From assembly GCA_964188305.1 (NCBI GenBank), contig OZ076889.1: DNA of 64,000 nt. One strand, written 5' to 3'. This stretch comes from Podarcis bocagei (lineage: Eukaryota). The notes below the pieces were generated by a model. The model worked only from the letters and a program-made list of their open reading frames with translations. It was not told where the DNA came from and did not search any database. Position 1 is the first letter of the stretch. Every line of letters starts with the position of its first letter. This document shows, one piece after another, positions 11,200-23,700 of the stretch. The translations under genes were made by a program, and so were the position numbers.

Positions 11200-13000
11200 C
11201 TGTTTTTACCTGGCCCAGCTCGCGCGGATCTGGGATTGAGCCCCCTGAGCCCACTTCCCCTTCTTCAGGCTGCCTTGCCGTCCCCTTTTTCGCCCGCCAG
11301 CCTTGGACGCAGGAGCCGGTGCCAGCCACCCCGATTCTTCCTCTTGAGCTCTGAATTCTGTTGCTTTTCCGCTGGAGTTTGGCTTTCTGCTCCCTCCCTC
11401 CTCGCCGCGCCCCTCCACTCCCTTCCCTTAGGAGCCAGCGAGGACCCCCACCCACTCCCTTGACAGGTAGCATCCCTGCTGTGGATGAAGGGGGGGCGAC
11501 AACCCCGGCTGCGGATCTATTCCAAAACATATACCTGCTTCCACACACGCCCACCCCCTAAAAATCATCCCCGTTCTTTCCCGATCCAGCCAAAATCTCC
11601 CCCCTCCCTCCGACGGATTCCTTGATTTTGCTTTGCTCTGACGTTGCCGAGGAGAGAGGAAGAGAGAGAGAGAAGCGGGCGTGGGGGGAGTTCCAAAGAC
11701 TGCAGCAAATTGGGGCAGGCCTGGGATCTGTGGGCGCTGGCCGGGGAAGGGTTAATCCCCGGTGCCTGTATGTTAATGAGCTCCATGGTAATGCAAGGAG
11801 GCCGGCTTTCGCGGGGAGGCTGCTGGTGATGGAGAGAGGAGGGAGGGAGGGAGGGAGAAGGAGCGCCGTGCCAGTCTAGCTCCTGTGGTACTGGCAGAAA
11901 GCGAGCGAGAGCGAAGCGCGCGGAGTGAGCGAGCGTGAGGGAGAGAGAGAGGGTGGGCGGGAGCGAGAGGGAAACGCCGAGCCACATCCATGAAGGAAAT
12001 GACAGCGTGAGGCAGGCGAGGCAAGGCAGCCCTAGCCAGCCAGCCAGCCGCCGCCAAGGGGAAGCCTGCCGGGGCTCGCCGATGCCAGCCCGGAGTCCGA
12101 ACGGATCCCTGAGGTGGCCAAGCCCCGCCAGCCAGACGAGCGGGAAGCAGCCTCGGGCACCGCATCTCGGGCACAACAAGCGGGCGAGGCGCGCGCGCCG
12201 GGCTGCTGCCGCGGAATGACTGACTGACTGACGCGCGGACTGAGTGCCGGAGGGGCGGCAGGCAGGCAGCGGCTCCGTCAGGCAGGAGGAGCAGCCGCCG
12301 CGCGACTTTCGGAATACAGATCCATGCCAGGCTGGCCGGGGGTTTCATGAAGCCGGGCTGTGTGTGGATTACCTCGCCGTAATTCCGAGGAGGGAGAGGG
12401 CGACGGGGAGCGCCCGGGGAGCGGCGAGGCGAAAGAGTCCTTCTGGAGCCTGGGTAAGTCCGCGAAGGCTGCCCACCACGGAGCCCGCGCCTTGCCCGCC
12501 AGCACCCGGTTCCCGCCCCGCTCGGCTCGCTTTGGAGCGCGGCAGGGCAGTCTGCTTTCCTTATCGAATCTCGACGGGTTTATGTTAAATATGATGATGG
12601 TGGCTCACCAGCCACTTTCCCGCCGTCGCGGCGGGGGGGGGGGGGAAGGTGTCGCCTCTCTTGACAGCGCGATCCCAGTCGCCGTGCCCGCTCCCCGTGG
12701 ACTTCCGCGGGACTCGCTCCCAGGCTGGAAGGGGGTGTTGCTGCATGGAGAGGATTGCAAGCCGTCCAGGCGCTTCTCCCTCGGCGGGAACGGTGGCTTT
12801 CTAGCCGTGGGGACGCAAGACAGGTGCGTCTCTGGAGCCCACTCCCCTCGAGCCGTCGATGGCGGCAGGAGGTCGCTCCTCTGATCTCTAGGATCGCTGC
12901 TTCCAAACGGGCTCGATCTCTTCGGGATTGTGCTGCTCCTTCCGGAAGCCCGCTCCGCGTTTGGCGGAGGCAAGTGCGCTGGAAGAAGCAAACAGGTTCA
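11200..13000. promoter_or_regulatory. CpG island / PLXNA2 promoter
   Basis: Sharp rise in GC and CpG (e.g. GGCGCGCGCGCCGGG, CGCCGTCGCGGCG) against CpG-depleted flanks; GC boxes (GGGTGGGCGGG ~11951, GGGCGTGG ~11677), TAATCC at ~11753, GA-rich tracts. Confidence 0.85.
11873..12453 (+). other. PLXNA2: Candidate non-coding exon 1 of PLXNA2 (5' boundary approximate)
   Basis: Inside the only CpG island in the window. Initiator-like CCAGTCT at 11871-11877 after a purine-rich tract; consensus donor CTGG|GTAAGT at 12453/12454. TSS is inferred, not observed. Confidence 0.6.
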
Positions 13001-15194
13001 CCCTCCCGAAGAAAAGTTCCCACCGAGAGAGACTTGGAAGTGGTTTCGATTTCCCTTTGGAAACGTCTCTCCCAGTGTCCCAGCAGCTTCTGGGGGGCGG
13101 GGTATGACTTTGTATCCATGGTTCAAACCCTGCAGAGATGGTGAGCCCCCCCCCCAAAAAAACCCAAAGTTGCTTGCTTAATAGAATATCCCACCGCTGA
13201 AGCTTTTCTGTCTGTTGCACTGGTTTGCATTCCTCCTTATAATGCGGGTACCAGCCTCTCTGGGACCCTCTTTTGCAATGTGGCTCGCTGCTAAACTTCG
13301 TGTTTCTAGAGACTGTGGGTTGTTAAGTGCTGCCACAATAACTCCCAGTTAGATGATGAAGTCCACGGAACCACACTGAACAGAGGAGGAGTTTGCATGG
13401 TAAGGAAAGAGATAGGATCTGCTTTGGTTTGGGGATTCTGCAGGTGAGGAGGGAATAATAAGGGATACATCCAATTAGTAGACCATTGAAACCAATGGAC
13501 TAAAGGTATGCCCAATCATTTCAACACGTCTACTCTGAGTATGGTCAGCATTGGAACTTACCCTGTGAATGCCCCCCCCCCCGTTGTGTTTACAAGCATT
13601 CTCCCAGGATTTGTATAACTTGTCAGTAAAATGGGTCACTTTAGCAGCTCTGACTGATTGTGGGTTATGAGCTCTCATTGACTGGGCTGCCTTATTGATG
13701 ACATCGTTCCACCAAGTTAAGTCAATGACCTACTTTTTCTATGGTCAGGAGACTGATATAACTATTCAGCAAAGACCAAATGCCATTCAAAGCCTGCAAC
13801 GTCAATACCTTCAACACTTCATTTCCTTGGTATCCCCCTTGGCCAGCTCCTCCATCCCTCCATGAACCTGCAGACTTTTTATAACACAGTGTTTTGGTAT
13901 CATTCTGTTAAAACTGAATGAAAACAACCAGTGTAGACTTTGGAAGTAATATACAGTTGAAAGTTTCGTGCAGTGTGGGTCTTGAAATGGAACAAAAAGT
14001 GATTCTTTGCTCTGATGGACCCACTGCAAGAAGATGAAGGTAACCCCTATTTATTCGCCATTCCCTGAATCACTATTTTCAGTGTATTTATTTGTTGACT
14101 GACCCCATCCCAGCACAACTTAAAAGAGGTTTGTGCTGTGGAAAGAGGTAATGGATTCTGTTTCAGAATCTGAACAAATTCCAAAAATGTAATAGACACT
14201 TCCTTTCTCTCTTGACACACACACCCCTCATCCCTGATCTAACCCTGCCTGATACTTCTCTTTAACCCTGTAATCTTCTGAACTCCTCAGCTGAAGAATA
14301 TGAATTTCCTAGAATACAAAATTTAAACAAACAAATCCAGCAGTTCCAATCACTCTGATGGTAGAGAATAAATGTTTCCCTGCCTTTGGCTCTCTCTGTT
14401 TGGCAAAATTACATTTAACACAGGACAAGTTGGCTTGCAGTGCGACAAAATGGAAATGGCATTTGGAATGGGTTTTGTGGTGGAGACACAGGGACCACAT
14501 GGTTTTTCAAAGGTGTCTCCTGTAATCTGAAACCCCCTGTGCTGAAAGGAGCAATGAAGAACTTTCTGCTTGGTTGCAAGGTTTCTTGAAGGCTTCGAAA
14601 GTTTTTTTTGCTACTTTCAGGCTATAGGCATCCCTCATGTTCCATTGCAGTGTTTTGGGACTTGCACTGAGAAAGTTGCAAACAACTCTAGGGAAGTCAT
14701 TTGGATACCAACGTGCAAAACTCCAGAAAGCCATGGTGCAAGTAATTTGCATGTTTAGCCAAAACTCCCTGTAGTATTCTGGTGCACCAGTAAAAGTTAT
14801 TCATGTGAGTGATTCCCCGCCCCCCGGCAACCCAGAACTTCGTAAGTGCAGGTACACATGACTGTCTGTTTCTGCCCACTTTCACAACTGTTCCCAAAGA
14901 GAACTATCTCCTCAGCAGTGTCCAAAAGGCTGTCATCCTCCACTGGCAACAATAAAGTATTACTCTGTTGTTTCCACTCACACTTTAACTCTTGCCCTGG
15001 ATCAATGTGTGCTAAAAGTTCACACCCTCTACTCTTTTTGCAAACACCATTTTGGCAGTCTACCTGCCCATCTAATTCTAAGCAACTGCACTGGTAGGGA
15101 TGTGTCCTCCTGCTTTCTCTCTTCGGATATTTCCATTCAGTCCCTGGAACATTTTACTCCTTTGCCTGTCAGGCATCCATAAAAGAATAATGGT

Positions 15195-15237
15195 AGCAGC
15201 AGCAGCAGCAGCAATAATAATAATAATAATAATAATA
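15195..15237. repeat. Compound (AGC)n(AAT)n microsatellite
   Basis: Directly visible. Confidence 0.9.
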
Positions 15238-18200
15238 GCTCCCTGCCTCTCTCCCAACCTGAGCCAGTGGGTGCTCTTGAGACAGGCCGTTTCCCCCATT
15301 TCCAAACACTCTTGATTATTCAGCTAATCTTTATTTCATGGGCACGTTACAAGAAACACACAAACAGAGGGAGAGAGAGTGGAAGGCGGTGACATGTTTA
15401 AAATACACAAGAAAGGCGCTGGCAGGAATATAATCATCCTTATTCTGCTGATATGAAATATTTATGGCTCTAAGTTGTGGCGAGGTTCTCTCCCCCTTCC
15501 CCCTTCCTCTTTGCAAACCTTTCAGCACCACCCCTCCCCTTTCTGCCTCGGTAAAAATCATATTTAAACAATTCAGCACGGGGCCCTTCATTCTTACGCT
15601 TTACCCCCTCACCCAGCTGTCTCTTCGTGTAGCTGCGCACAGCTGTCTACACGCGTAGCCGGGGGGTACAATGTACTTCTGTCCATCACTACAAATGGGA
15701 AAACCAGGAATTGCTAGCCAAGCTACTAACCAAATCATAAAGAGACCCACGCATTGTGTTACAGTCTGTTAACTAGAAATAATTCACAACCATCCATTTA
15801 GCCAGGCCTGGGAAGGAGGGGGAAGCCTACAAAAGAAGCCCCCCACACCCTCATTTCCCTCTCCTTCCTTCATCCAAGGTGCCTGTATTTGATAGCCAAA
15901 GCCTGCTTACCCCCTTGGGCATTCTGTTATTAATTCATTAGATCTGATCTTACTTTATTTTATTTTATTTTGCTCCCTCCTGGCATTCTCCCTCCCCACC
16001 CCCACCCCACCCCTTCTCACAATTCAAACAGTGGTGAATGGACAAAACTCCCTCAAGGGAAACATTTTTTCACTTAGTTACAAAGATTTCATGGCTAATT
16101 AGAGTAAATGTGGTTTTAAGAGTGTTAATCTCTTAACCAGCTTGGCTGGCAGGCCAGGGCGCTTACAAAAGGAAGAGAAGGATGAATAGAGGAAGAGGGG
16201 GCTGCTTCTCAGGGTTCTACCATTATTGATGACGGTGTCCATCCTAGCCAATAAGAGCCCTGTAGATGGTCAAGTTAGGCCCACCGCTCCTCTCAGTGAG
16301 GGATCCCTTCATAGAACAGGGCTCTGTCTTGATGTGGTTTGTATTCCCAGCCCTCCCCTACATGACCCCAAATTAGTGCCTGTGAAACCTAAAGCCTCAG
16401 AGGCTGAGGCAAAGGAAAAAAAGTTATTTGTCCTTAGAAAAGAGATTTCTGGAAAGCTTCGATGATAATAACATCAGAACAGAAAGAGGATCAAGGCAGT
16501 GTATTCTACTTGGCAGGTACAGGCTGCTGCCTAACGTGTTTTATGGGCAAGTTCATCCAATGCAGCTAAAAAAATAAACTCTGTTTCCCCAAACTCCACC
16601 AGCCCCATGGTTAGGGATGATGGGAACTGGAGTCTGGCAATGTGTGGAAGGGACCACAGGTTACACACCCCTGTGCTATATATAGCCTATGAAGTGTGAT
16701 GAGAGGGAGGGTGCTGACGTATGATCCAAAGACTTCTTCTCTGCCAAACATTTTGCAGGGAAGTTTTCTGAAACAGTTGAACCCTCCCCAGTCTCTTCAG
16801 TGGAGGCCCTTCACCCTCTTGTCTCCAAAAGATGGATCTGAGGACACATAGACAAATAAGGAGAGTTGTTTGTGTGCAGAATCATTCTGTCTCTGCCCAG
16901 CGTATCAGTTTTGCTTCAAGGTCAAATGTATGTTAATGATGGAGAGGTGAGGCAAGTGCTTCCAATTTTTCTTCTTGTTGACATCGTTTTCAGATCCAGA
17001 AGTGTTAAGGAGGGGGGGGGGAGGAAAGAAGGAAGAACAAGAAAAAAGAAATCTCCCTGTCAAACCACTTTGGCATGAGCAGGAGTTAGTTGTGGGGTGG
17101 GATTTGTTTGTTTATTTATTTAAAATAAGGTTTCTTCTCTGAAGCAGATGGCTCCTGCCAGACCTGCAATCCATCTTCTCCTTGATACCATTTTGACATA
17201 AGACCCAACTCCAGGGCGCTGCAAGCCGAGGACTCCTGAGCTTGGCAAAAAAAACCCAGAGCCACTGATTAAGAATGCTCTGGATTTTCTGTTGAGCTTC
17301 TTGTTTATTTAAATGTGCCTGCCTTTTCCTTTTCTCTATGCTCAAGACATCCCAAAGTTTTCTCCAGTGACTTTCATCTTTTCGATTTTCACATGAACGG
17401 GTTGTGAAACCTGCAGTGCCACTTTTCCCCACTAGAGGGGGGCTCCTGCAGATAAAGGTTGATATACTGGAAAGGAACTTTTGTATAGAGCAGTGAGTGG
17501 GTGGTAGTGGTGCCGGGAGCGGGACACTCTGCTATGATCATGCCACTGTTCAGAATCTGCTAAAAACCACCCAGTCTTTTCCTTCTGTATATCATATGGT
17601 GAAGCAAGGCATGCCTGTGCAGTTGTGTGCTTAAAATGTGATATACATATGGCCTGCGAAGTCCTAGCTGTGAATGGCAGTAGCAGTATGGGGGGGGGAG
17701 CAAGAGCAGTTGAGTACTTGAAAAGCATTCCTGGTCTTGAACCAGGTTGATGTTTTCTCCCCTCATTTTATCAGGGAGAGAGACCTGCTTTCAGAATCTT
17801 CTCAGCATGGTTCCATCTTTCTATCGCCCCTGCTGTGGCTGGAATGTAGCTCTGAGAACAGCCACAGATGTTAGTAAAACAGCATTAGGAGGACTCTCAG
17901 AAATATAAAAATGCAGCAACTCAGAAAACTGATGTCAGTTGTGAGGTCTCTCTCTTTCGTTCCCTTTCTCTCTCTAATCCAATATACCTTGCACCATGTC
18001 TGCTCCGCTGCTTGCTGTTTTGCCTGAATTAGGTCCCATCCTTGTGCTTCATTGGCTGGGAGAATATAGTGCGGCCTGACTCTGTTGGCAAACGGGGATA
18101 CTGCTGGCATCTCTGTGGGATGGTGCATGCCAGCAGAGGGGTTCTGGGAAAGCGTTGGCCTCCCTTCCAATCTGATTGAGCCCAGCTCGTGTTTCTGAGT

Positions 18201-19709
18201 TTAATCTACGCTTCTCTTTGGGCTGAAATTGAACTGGGGGGTGGAGGTGGCAGAAGGGGGGTGGCAGGTGGAGGCTGGAAATATGAAAAGAGAGATAAAT
18301 GTATCGTGTTATGAAAGTTTAATCCTGCTTTGCTGTGGCTAAAATTACATTCAGGGCTGGAGATAAAAGGCATCGGAGTAACATTATAAAAAGGCCAGAT
18401 CATCTTAAAAAGCAGAGCGATAGCGAGCCCAAGTCAGACAAGCCATCAATCCAATGCTCACACACAGAGGCAGTTCTCCAAGGGAGCGGAGAAGCAAATG
18501 AGGTGTGCTGCCGGTTCCCTCCTGCCTAATACTGCTGACTTGCTGCAGTGGGAAAAGAAAAGGCACTTGGCTCAGAATGTCCATATCTGAGAAATGGCCT
18601 GGTGTGTTGTTTGTCGGCCACTTTCTTCGTGGGCTGGCTGGGGGAACCTTGAACAGCGGGATCTCAGGGACCCCAACAGTGCAATCTGGAGACGATTAGC
18701 CGCACTTGGAGGATCACAGAAGGTTGAGAGGTCTGTGAAGTTTTGGCATATGCACGATGCTGCTCAATAAGGCACACTGGAATGAATGTGAACTATGGTG
18801 GAAGTGAAACAGTGGAGCAAGTGAAACAAGTGAAACTGTCAGCAGCTTGTGTGTTTCAATAGATGGGTTGCACAGCGGACCTGAGTTCAAATGCTGCTCT
18901 CCTTAGATCCTGCGTATATTTCATATTATTAAATAGCAACCCCTTTGGTATTTGTTAGACATTTGGAAAAAGCAAAGGCCAAACCAGTTCTTTATCTTTC
19001 TTGAAGCACATGCATTCATCAGCCCTCTCTCCAACTGCCACCAATGATTTCATGCTGTTCGTGTGCTTCTTGTGTTCAGTACCTCTGAAGTCCTCAGTGA
19101 CTCCTTTACATGTGAACTTTCAGGGTTAAGGCCAGGAAAGAAAGCCAATTCAACCCAGTATTCTTCATAATGTTGCACAAATGGTTAATGACCGCTGAGA
19201 ATGAGAACTCTGGGAGAAGATGAGCCAAATGGCAGTTGGTATAGGCCTTGCTGCATTACTTCTTTTTGCTGAGGCAGAGTGTCAGCCAAGAGAAGAGTTA
19301 ATAGGCACACTCTTTCCCTGCAAAACAAAATGTAAAAATAAACACTTGAGATATAACTTATAACTGGTTCTCACCTCCATATTAGTTGGAGTTTCTGTTT
19401 ATCGGTGGGGATGGAGCAAGACTAGTCAAAACAATTTACTGCCTGAGGCAATGAAAAGACAGTGCTTCCCCTTCTCCCCAGTTCCACAAGCTGAATGAAT
19501 CCCATTGGACTGGAAGTTGAAGGGACTAGAGAAGACAGAAAGAAGCTTTGGGAATTGTCACCATTCGGCTCCCATAGTGGCCTCTCCCTCCACACACCCC
19601 AACTGCCACCACAGGAGCATCTTGCCCTGAGGAGAGGGGAGAAGAAGCAGTAACAGCTTTTTCTAAACAAACAAGTTGTCTTATCCATTCTATTGTAACT
19701 TTATATATA

Positions 19710-19923
19710 CAGTGGAACCTCGGTTTTCTAACATAATCCATTCCAGAAGTCTGTTCAACTTCCAAAATGTTTGAAAACCAGGGATCAAAGGGCTGTCAGA
19801 AAGTTCAATGGGGAAAATTGAGAAACACGCCTCGGAAGCCGTTCAACTTCCGAGGCATGTTTGAAAACGGAAGCATTCACTTCTGGGTTTTTGGCAGCCG
19901 AGATGTTTGAAAACCGAGGTTTG

Positions 19924-19926
<3 letters not shown>
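19710..19926. mobile_element. Tc1/mariner MITE, family C
   Basis: TA|CAGTGGAACCTCGGTTTT ... AAAACCGAGGTTTGACT; right end runs into (TG)n. Confidence 0.75.

Positions 19927-19927
<1 letters not shown>

Positions 19928-19978
<51 letters not shown>
19928..19978. repeat. (TG)n microsatellite
   Basis: Directly visible. Confidence 0.95.
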
Positions 19979-19982
<4 letters not shown>

Positions 19983-20508
19983 TGCTTGTAATCATCTTAC
20001 AACTGGACAGCAATTGTATGCCGCAATCCCCACCACATCCTTTGCCTGATTTTGGCCATCCATTTTTTCCTAATGGTAGCTCTGGGGTGGAAATCTGAAA
20101 AGAGAACAGATTGTGATTGTTCTGTCTGCTGATAGACTTCTTTTTTTCTGACCTCACAGTGACTACCTGCCCCAAAGACTGAACTATAGGCCCTCACTCT
20201 ATCACTGCGTCTAGGTATAGTTTCTCTTTCTAGTGTCTTCTGACCAGTATCTCTTAGTTCTTTCATGACACCTAACACCCTTTTTGCCCAATCCATATCA
20301 CCAGTATATAGAATTATCCACCCTCCCCTTCTCTGGCAGAAAACCCCACATACATTTGTTGTGTCCAGTTTTATACTGTAGTTTTCCTCAGCCCACCCTG
20401 AGGTAGCATTTTCTGTGCATCTGCTCTTCTTGTCCTTATGCTGAGTTTCCAACAATTCATTTCTGCCAGTTTTCCTAGCATTTGCACCACTGATTTGAAC
20501 CCATAGAC

Positions 20509-20644
20509 CAGTGTTTCTCAAACTTGGGTCCCTAGCTTTTGTTGGAATACAACTCCCATCAACCCTGACAACTGATCCTACTAGCTAGGGATGATGAGAG
20601 TTGTAGTCCAACAACAGCTGGGGACCCAAATTTGAGCAACACAG
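20509..20644. mobile_element. hAT (Charlie-like) palindromic MITE
   Basis: CAGTGTTTCTCAAACTTGGGTCCC ... GGGACCCAAATTTGAGCAACACAG; internal TACAACTCCCATCA / TGATGAGAGTTGTA; 8-bp TSD CCATAGAC / CTATAGAC. Degenerate relatives near 16590, 21790, 24600, 36600, 41000, 43150 and 58570. Confidence 0.8.
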
Positions 20645-20703
20645 CTATAGACAGAAAGTGTGAGCGAGAGCGTCATTGTAGTAACAAGTATGGTTTTCCC
20701 CTC

Positions 20704-20704
<1 letters not shown>

Positions 20705-20744
<40 letters not shown>

Positions 20745-20745
20745 C
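20705..20745. repeat. (CAGG)n microsatellite
   Basis: About 10 units. Confidence 0.95.
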
Positions 20746-23700
20746 CTTCTTCTCCTTTGAAGTAAACTTCAAGAAAGTGAAAGGTGACATCTGGATAAAT
20801 ATTACGGTGACCTCTCACCTCCCATTCCTCCTCCAGCTTCGCCTTTCTTATCACTCCCTAATGAATCCATCAACGTGGCAGCAGGAGGGAGAACAGCTCC
20901 TCCAGGCCAAAGCAAATTTTATTCCCCCAGCACCAATTTCCTCAAGGGTGGGTAAAGGGAAGAAGTGTTCCAAATTTTGAGGAATACTTCAGTTATTTTG
21001 AAGCCAACATCCAAACAGGAAAGGAAAGTCTCCTTCCTAGTTGCCTGGAGTGACCGGGAGGCTGGGCGAGTGTGAGATAAACATTTATTTTATTTTATTT
21101 TTGCAACATCAAAGCACTACTGGAGTGAGGCAGTCTGTACTCCCCAAGCTTGTTGAAGGCAGCTGAGATCTGAGGTTATCAAATACTCAAAGTTGGCTCT
21201 TGGGAAAATCACTGTAATTTTGTGATAGTGTTGTTTTCTCACCCCGTCTCTCTGCTCTTTGCAATAAATATTTGAAAGCTAGAGTAGATGGGGCTTTTAA
21301 AATATCAGCAATGTTCACATTGGGGCGCCTTGGTCCTGAGCTTCTGGGGGATTCCTGTGTCATTCACAGGTATGCAGGAGGGCTTTGTTCTTTGCAAGTT
21401 TTGATATGAATTCACCTGATCTGCACCTCCTGGAATAATGTGCAGACTGGAATGCAATTTACCCTACAGATTTTATATTTCTCCAAATTTTGAGATGCAG
21501 CTCTTGACTTTTAAAAAAACACCAAACTGTACATTAAAATGCATATTTTTGGGGCAAATACATTTAGAAATGTGTACTTAAAGAGAAAATACATTTAGAA
21601 ATGTGTATTTTGTGAGAAAATATGCATTTATTGTTTTTGTATAGATTTAAAAAACACCTCTGATTAATGCAGAAATGGAATGAATTTATGAATGAACACA
21701 TGTGAAAATGACTGTTCCAGCCACCATATTTATGGGGATAAAAATGCATCTAGTGATAGTGCAAGGCATAGTTCTTCCAACAGTGTAAGGCAATGCTCTT
21801 CAACTTTGTACCCTCTGATGTGTGGGCTAAACTGATTGGGGATGATGGGAGTTGAAGTCCAGCAACATTCGGGGACCCAAAGTTAAAGAATGATGATGTA
21901 AAGGGCTTTGTGGTATGGAATCAAGGCTGACGATAAATGGACTAAGATGAGACTATAAGAAAAAGAAACAAAAGGATTCAGGCAAGACTATTGAATGTGT
22001 TAATACCAGCAGCAAGAGTTAAAATGGTCCACTCATGAAGGGCAGCAGGTGGGTGATTGGATAGGAAAGTTAGATTAGGATGGAGGACAAGTACTATGCA
22101 GGAGCAAGGCTGAAATGTGGGAGCTGATGGTGGGTCACCAGGGAGAGCAGATCAAGGAACCATCCAAAACAGAGAGAAAAACATGACAATGATAGTGGAA
22201 ATATAGGGAGCTTTTGTAGCAAGATCAGGGATTCACAAGGTCCTAGCTGAGACCTCCTTTACTGCTTGCACCTGAGCTGCTTCCATGAAATTTGCTTGGA
22301 TCCTACACCCATGTTCTGGAACATGATACTCCACACTTACCCAGGCCCATTCCTCCTGTGATTGCAACTGTTCTATCCCTCATAAACCCTGACTTGGATA
22401 TAAACAGGTTCTGTTATGATCACAGTAAACCCCTCAACAATCATGCAAAGTAGATATTATGATACCCCCTACAAATTGGTTGGTTCTGAGTCTACAAGAG
22501 TGATTGGTTTGCCTAAAACCACTGAGTATGTTCATAGCTGAGATGAGAGTTAAACCAATGGCTTCCCCACTCACACGCTTAGCTGCAACATTGCACCAGT
22601 TCTTATCAGCTGCTGGGAAGCCAATTTTTATGTTTCTCCCTTAAAGCACCAAGCAGCATAAGGCAGCCAAACTCCCACTGCTCTTTACCAGTTTTCAGGA
22701 AGCTGAGAAAAACAGGAAACTTCTAGGGAGCAGTGCTTAGTCACAAACTGTTCTACATATGGAGGCTTTCAAGGAAGCTGACCACTGTTATGTACAGGCC
22801 TTAGTAAGACGCTGCTGACTCACCTTGGAAAAAATTATTCGGGTTATTTCCAGAGGTGATCTCTTTAGGAACAAATGCCTCTGGGAGAGGTTTGCATGCT
22901 TGCTTGAGACTGTATATTTCATTACTGGTCAGTTACCTTATTTGTAATCAGGGAATCCTATAAAATCCAGTAGAGGTTTGCCTTGCCTTTTCAGTAAGTA
23001 ACACCTGAACTGATCTTCCTCTTCTACCTTTCTCCCTAAGTCCCCTTTCCTTATCTGCCTTGTCTTTCTAAGCCTGATGGCAGCTCCCCCTCTTTTTAAA
23101 TTGGCATTAGCTGCTTAGGGGGATATTGTTTGAAAAGTGAAATATAAACGTTGAAAATCAACTGGAAAATGGGGGTCCCTCTAAAGTTGGAAATCCTTCT
23201 TTCTCACCTAAAGTTGTTCAGTGCTATGTAAATGGATAGTCTGTGTGGCACCCGGGTGGGGGGAGGGGAAGACACATTAAGAGAGTGAAGGAAAAGATCC
23301 ATACCTGTCAATTCTACCACTTTCCAAATGAACCCAGAGCTTCGCCCATGGGAAGTGGAAACACATTCAGTAGATCTCATTGATCTGATCTGTTACGGTT
23401 AGATGAACTTGACCTGAAAGTGACATCGGGTCAATGAGATTTACCAAACAAAGTCTTCTGCTTCCCATAGGTCAGCCCTGCGGTTAACCAAAAGGCAGTC
23501 AGGTTAGCACCTCAACATTTATTCCTACCACTCTACTTTGATCTTTGCCCTAAAAGTGGAAGGCTCAGAAAGACATGGTCGCACAGGGTCTAGGCATGCA
23601 GCAACAGATTTACTGTTTTGTTCCAAACCTCACCGTGCTAAGCATCTTATTCTACATCCAGAATAATTAGCCTCAGAAGCCCTGTGTGAGTGTCTCTGGC

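Noticed and set aside
11042-13220. Many 100-200 aa ORFs on both strands
   Set aside because: Low-complexity Pro/Arg/Gly/Ala peptides expected from stop-codon depletion in a CpG island; no recognisable domains.
15100-15315. ORFs with poly-Ala/poly-Ile (also poly-HT/CV at 19.9 kb and poly-K/E at 28.5 kb)
   Set aside because: Translations of microsatellites.
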